Origin: Candidatus Saccharimonadota bacterium
GTDB lineage: Bacteria; Bacillota_I; Bacilli_A; Mycoplasmatales; Hepatoplasmataceae
DNA length: 32,000 nucleotides
Reading direction: 5' to 3'
Assembly (NCBI GenBank): GCA_027925325.1
Contig: AP027133.1
Location: 300,001 to 332,000 of the forward strand
Of this stretch, positions 31,897-32,000 are shown one piece after another; the first letter of the stretch is position 1, and each line of letters starts with the position of its first letter. Made by a program: the position numbers and the translations under genes. Under the pieces are notes generated by a model. It ran no database searches, was not told where the DNA came from, and saw only the letters and a list, made by a program, of their open reading frames with translations.

Positions 31897-32000
31897 AGTT
31901 TGCTCACATTACATCCTTTTATTTTTATTATCTTATTTCTGATTAATTTTAATCAAAAAAATTGCAGAATTATTATAATACTTTTTTTAAAAATTTATGA

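Overview
This is extremely AT-rich, almost gap-free coding DNA that only makes sense under translation table 4 (TGA = Trp). Nearly every fragment in the supplied standard-code ORF track stops at an in-frame TGA and resumes in the same frame. These TGAs fall on conserved Trp positions, for example the RCC1 'LYMWG' blades and AlaS 'LLWINSG' / 'NFWDIG'. The code, the L27 pro-peptide/Prp pair, a ComEC-like gene, class Ib nrdIEF and an FtsZ together point to a Mollicutes (Mycoplasmatota) chromosome. After re-joining fragments, and checking frames codon by codon for TAA/TAG, I call 30 CDSs. I found no rRNA, tRNA, CRISPR or IS element. Gene order is: RCC1-repeat protein (+) | membrane protein, comEC-like, membrane protein, plsY (-) | glpF-like (+), terminator, orphan ABC/OLD-type ATPase with HEPN-like tail (+) | holA (-) | dinB (+) | nadE, two K/E-rich coiled-coil proteins, ftsZ, YfcC-family transporter, rpmA-prp-rplU, greA, udk, small TM protein, ruvX, alaS (-) | five tandem paralogous 6-TM membrane-protein genes (-) | nrdF-nrdE-nrdI (-). 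Three things are most worth following up. (1) The five-copy, ~1.07-kb-period array of uncharacterised membrane proteins, apparently co-transcribed with nrdIEF, diverges mainly in its predicted outside loops. (2) A stand-alone 529-aa ABC/OLD-like ATPase carries a C-terminal helical domain with an RNx5H (HEPN-like) motif, a PrrC-like architecture without R-M neighbours. (3) rplU has a +1 frame break. All functional calls come from motif recognition by eye; no database search was run.
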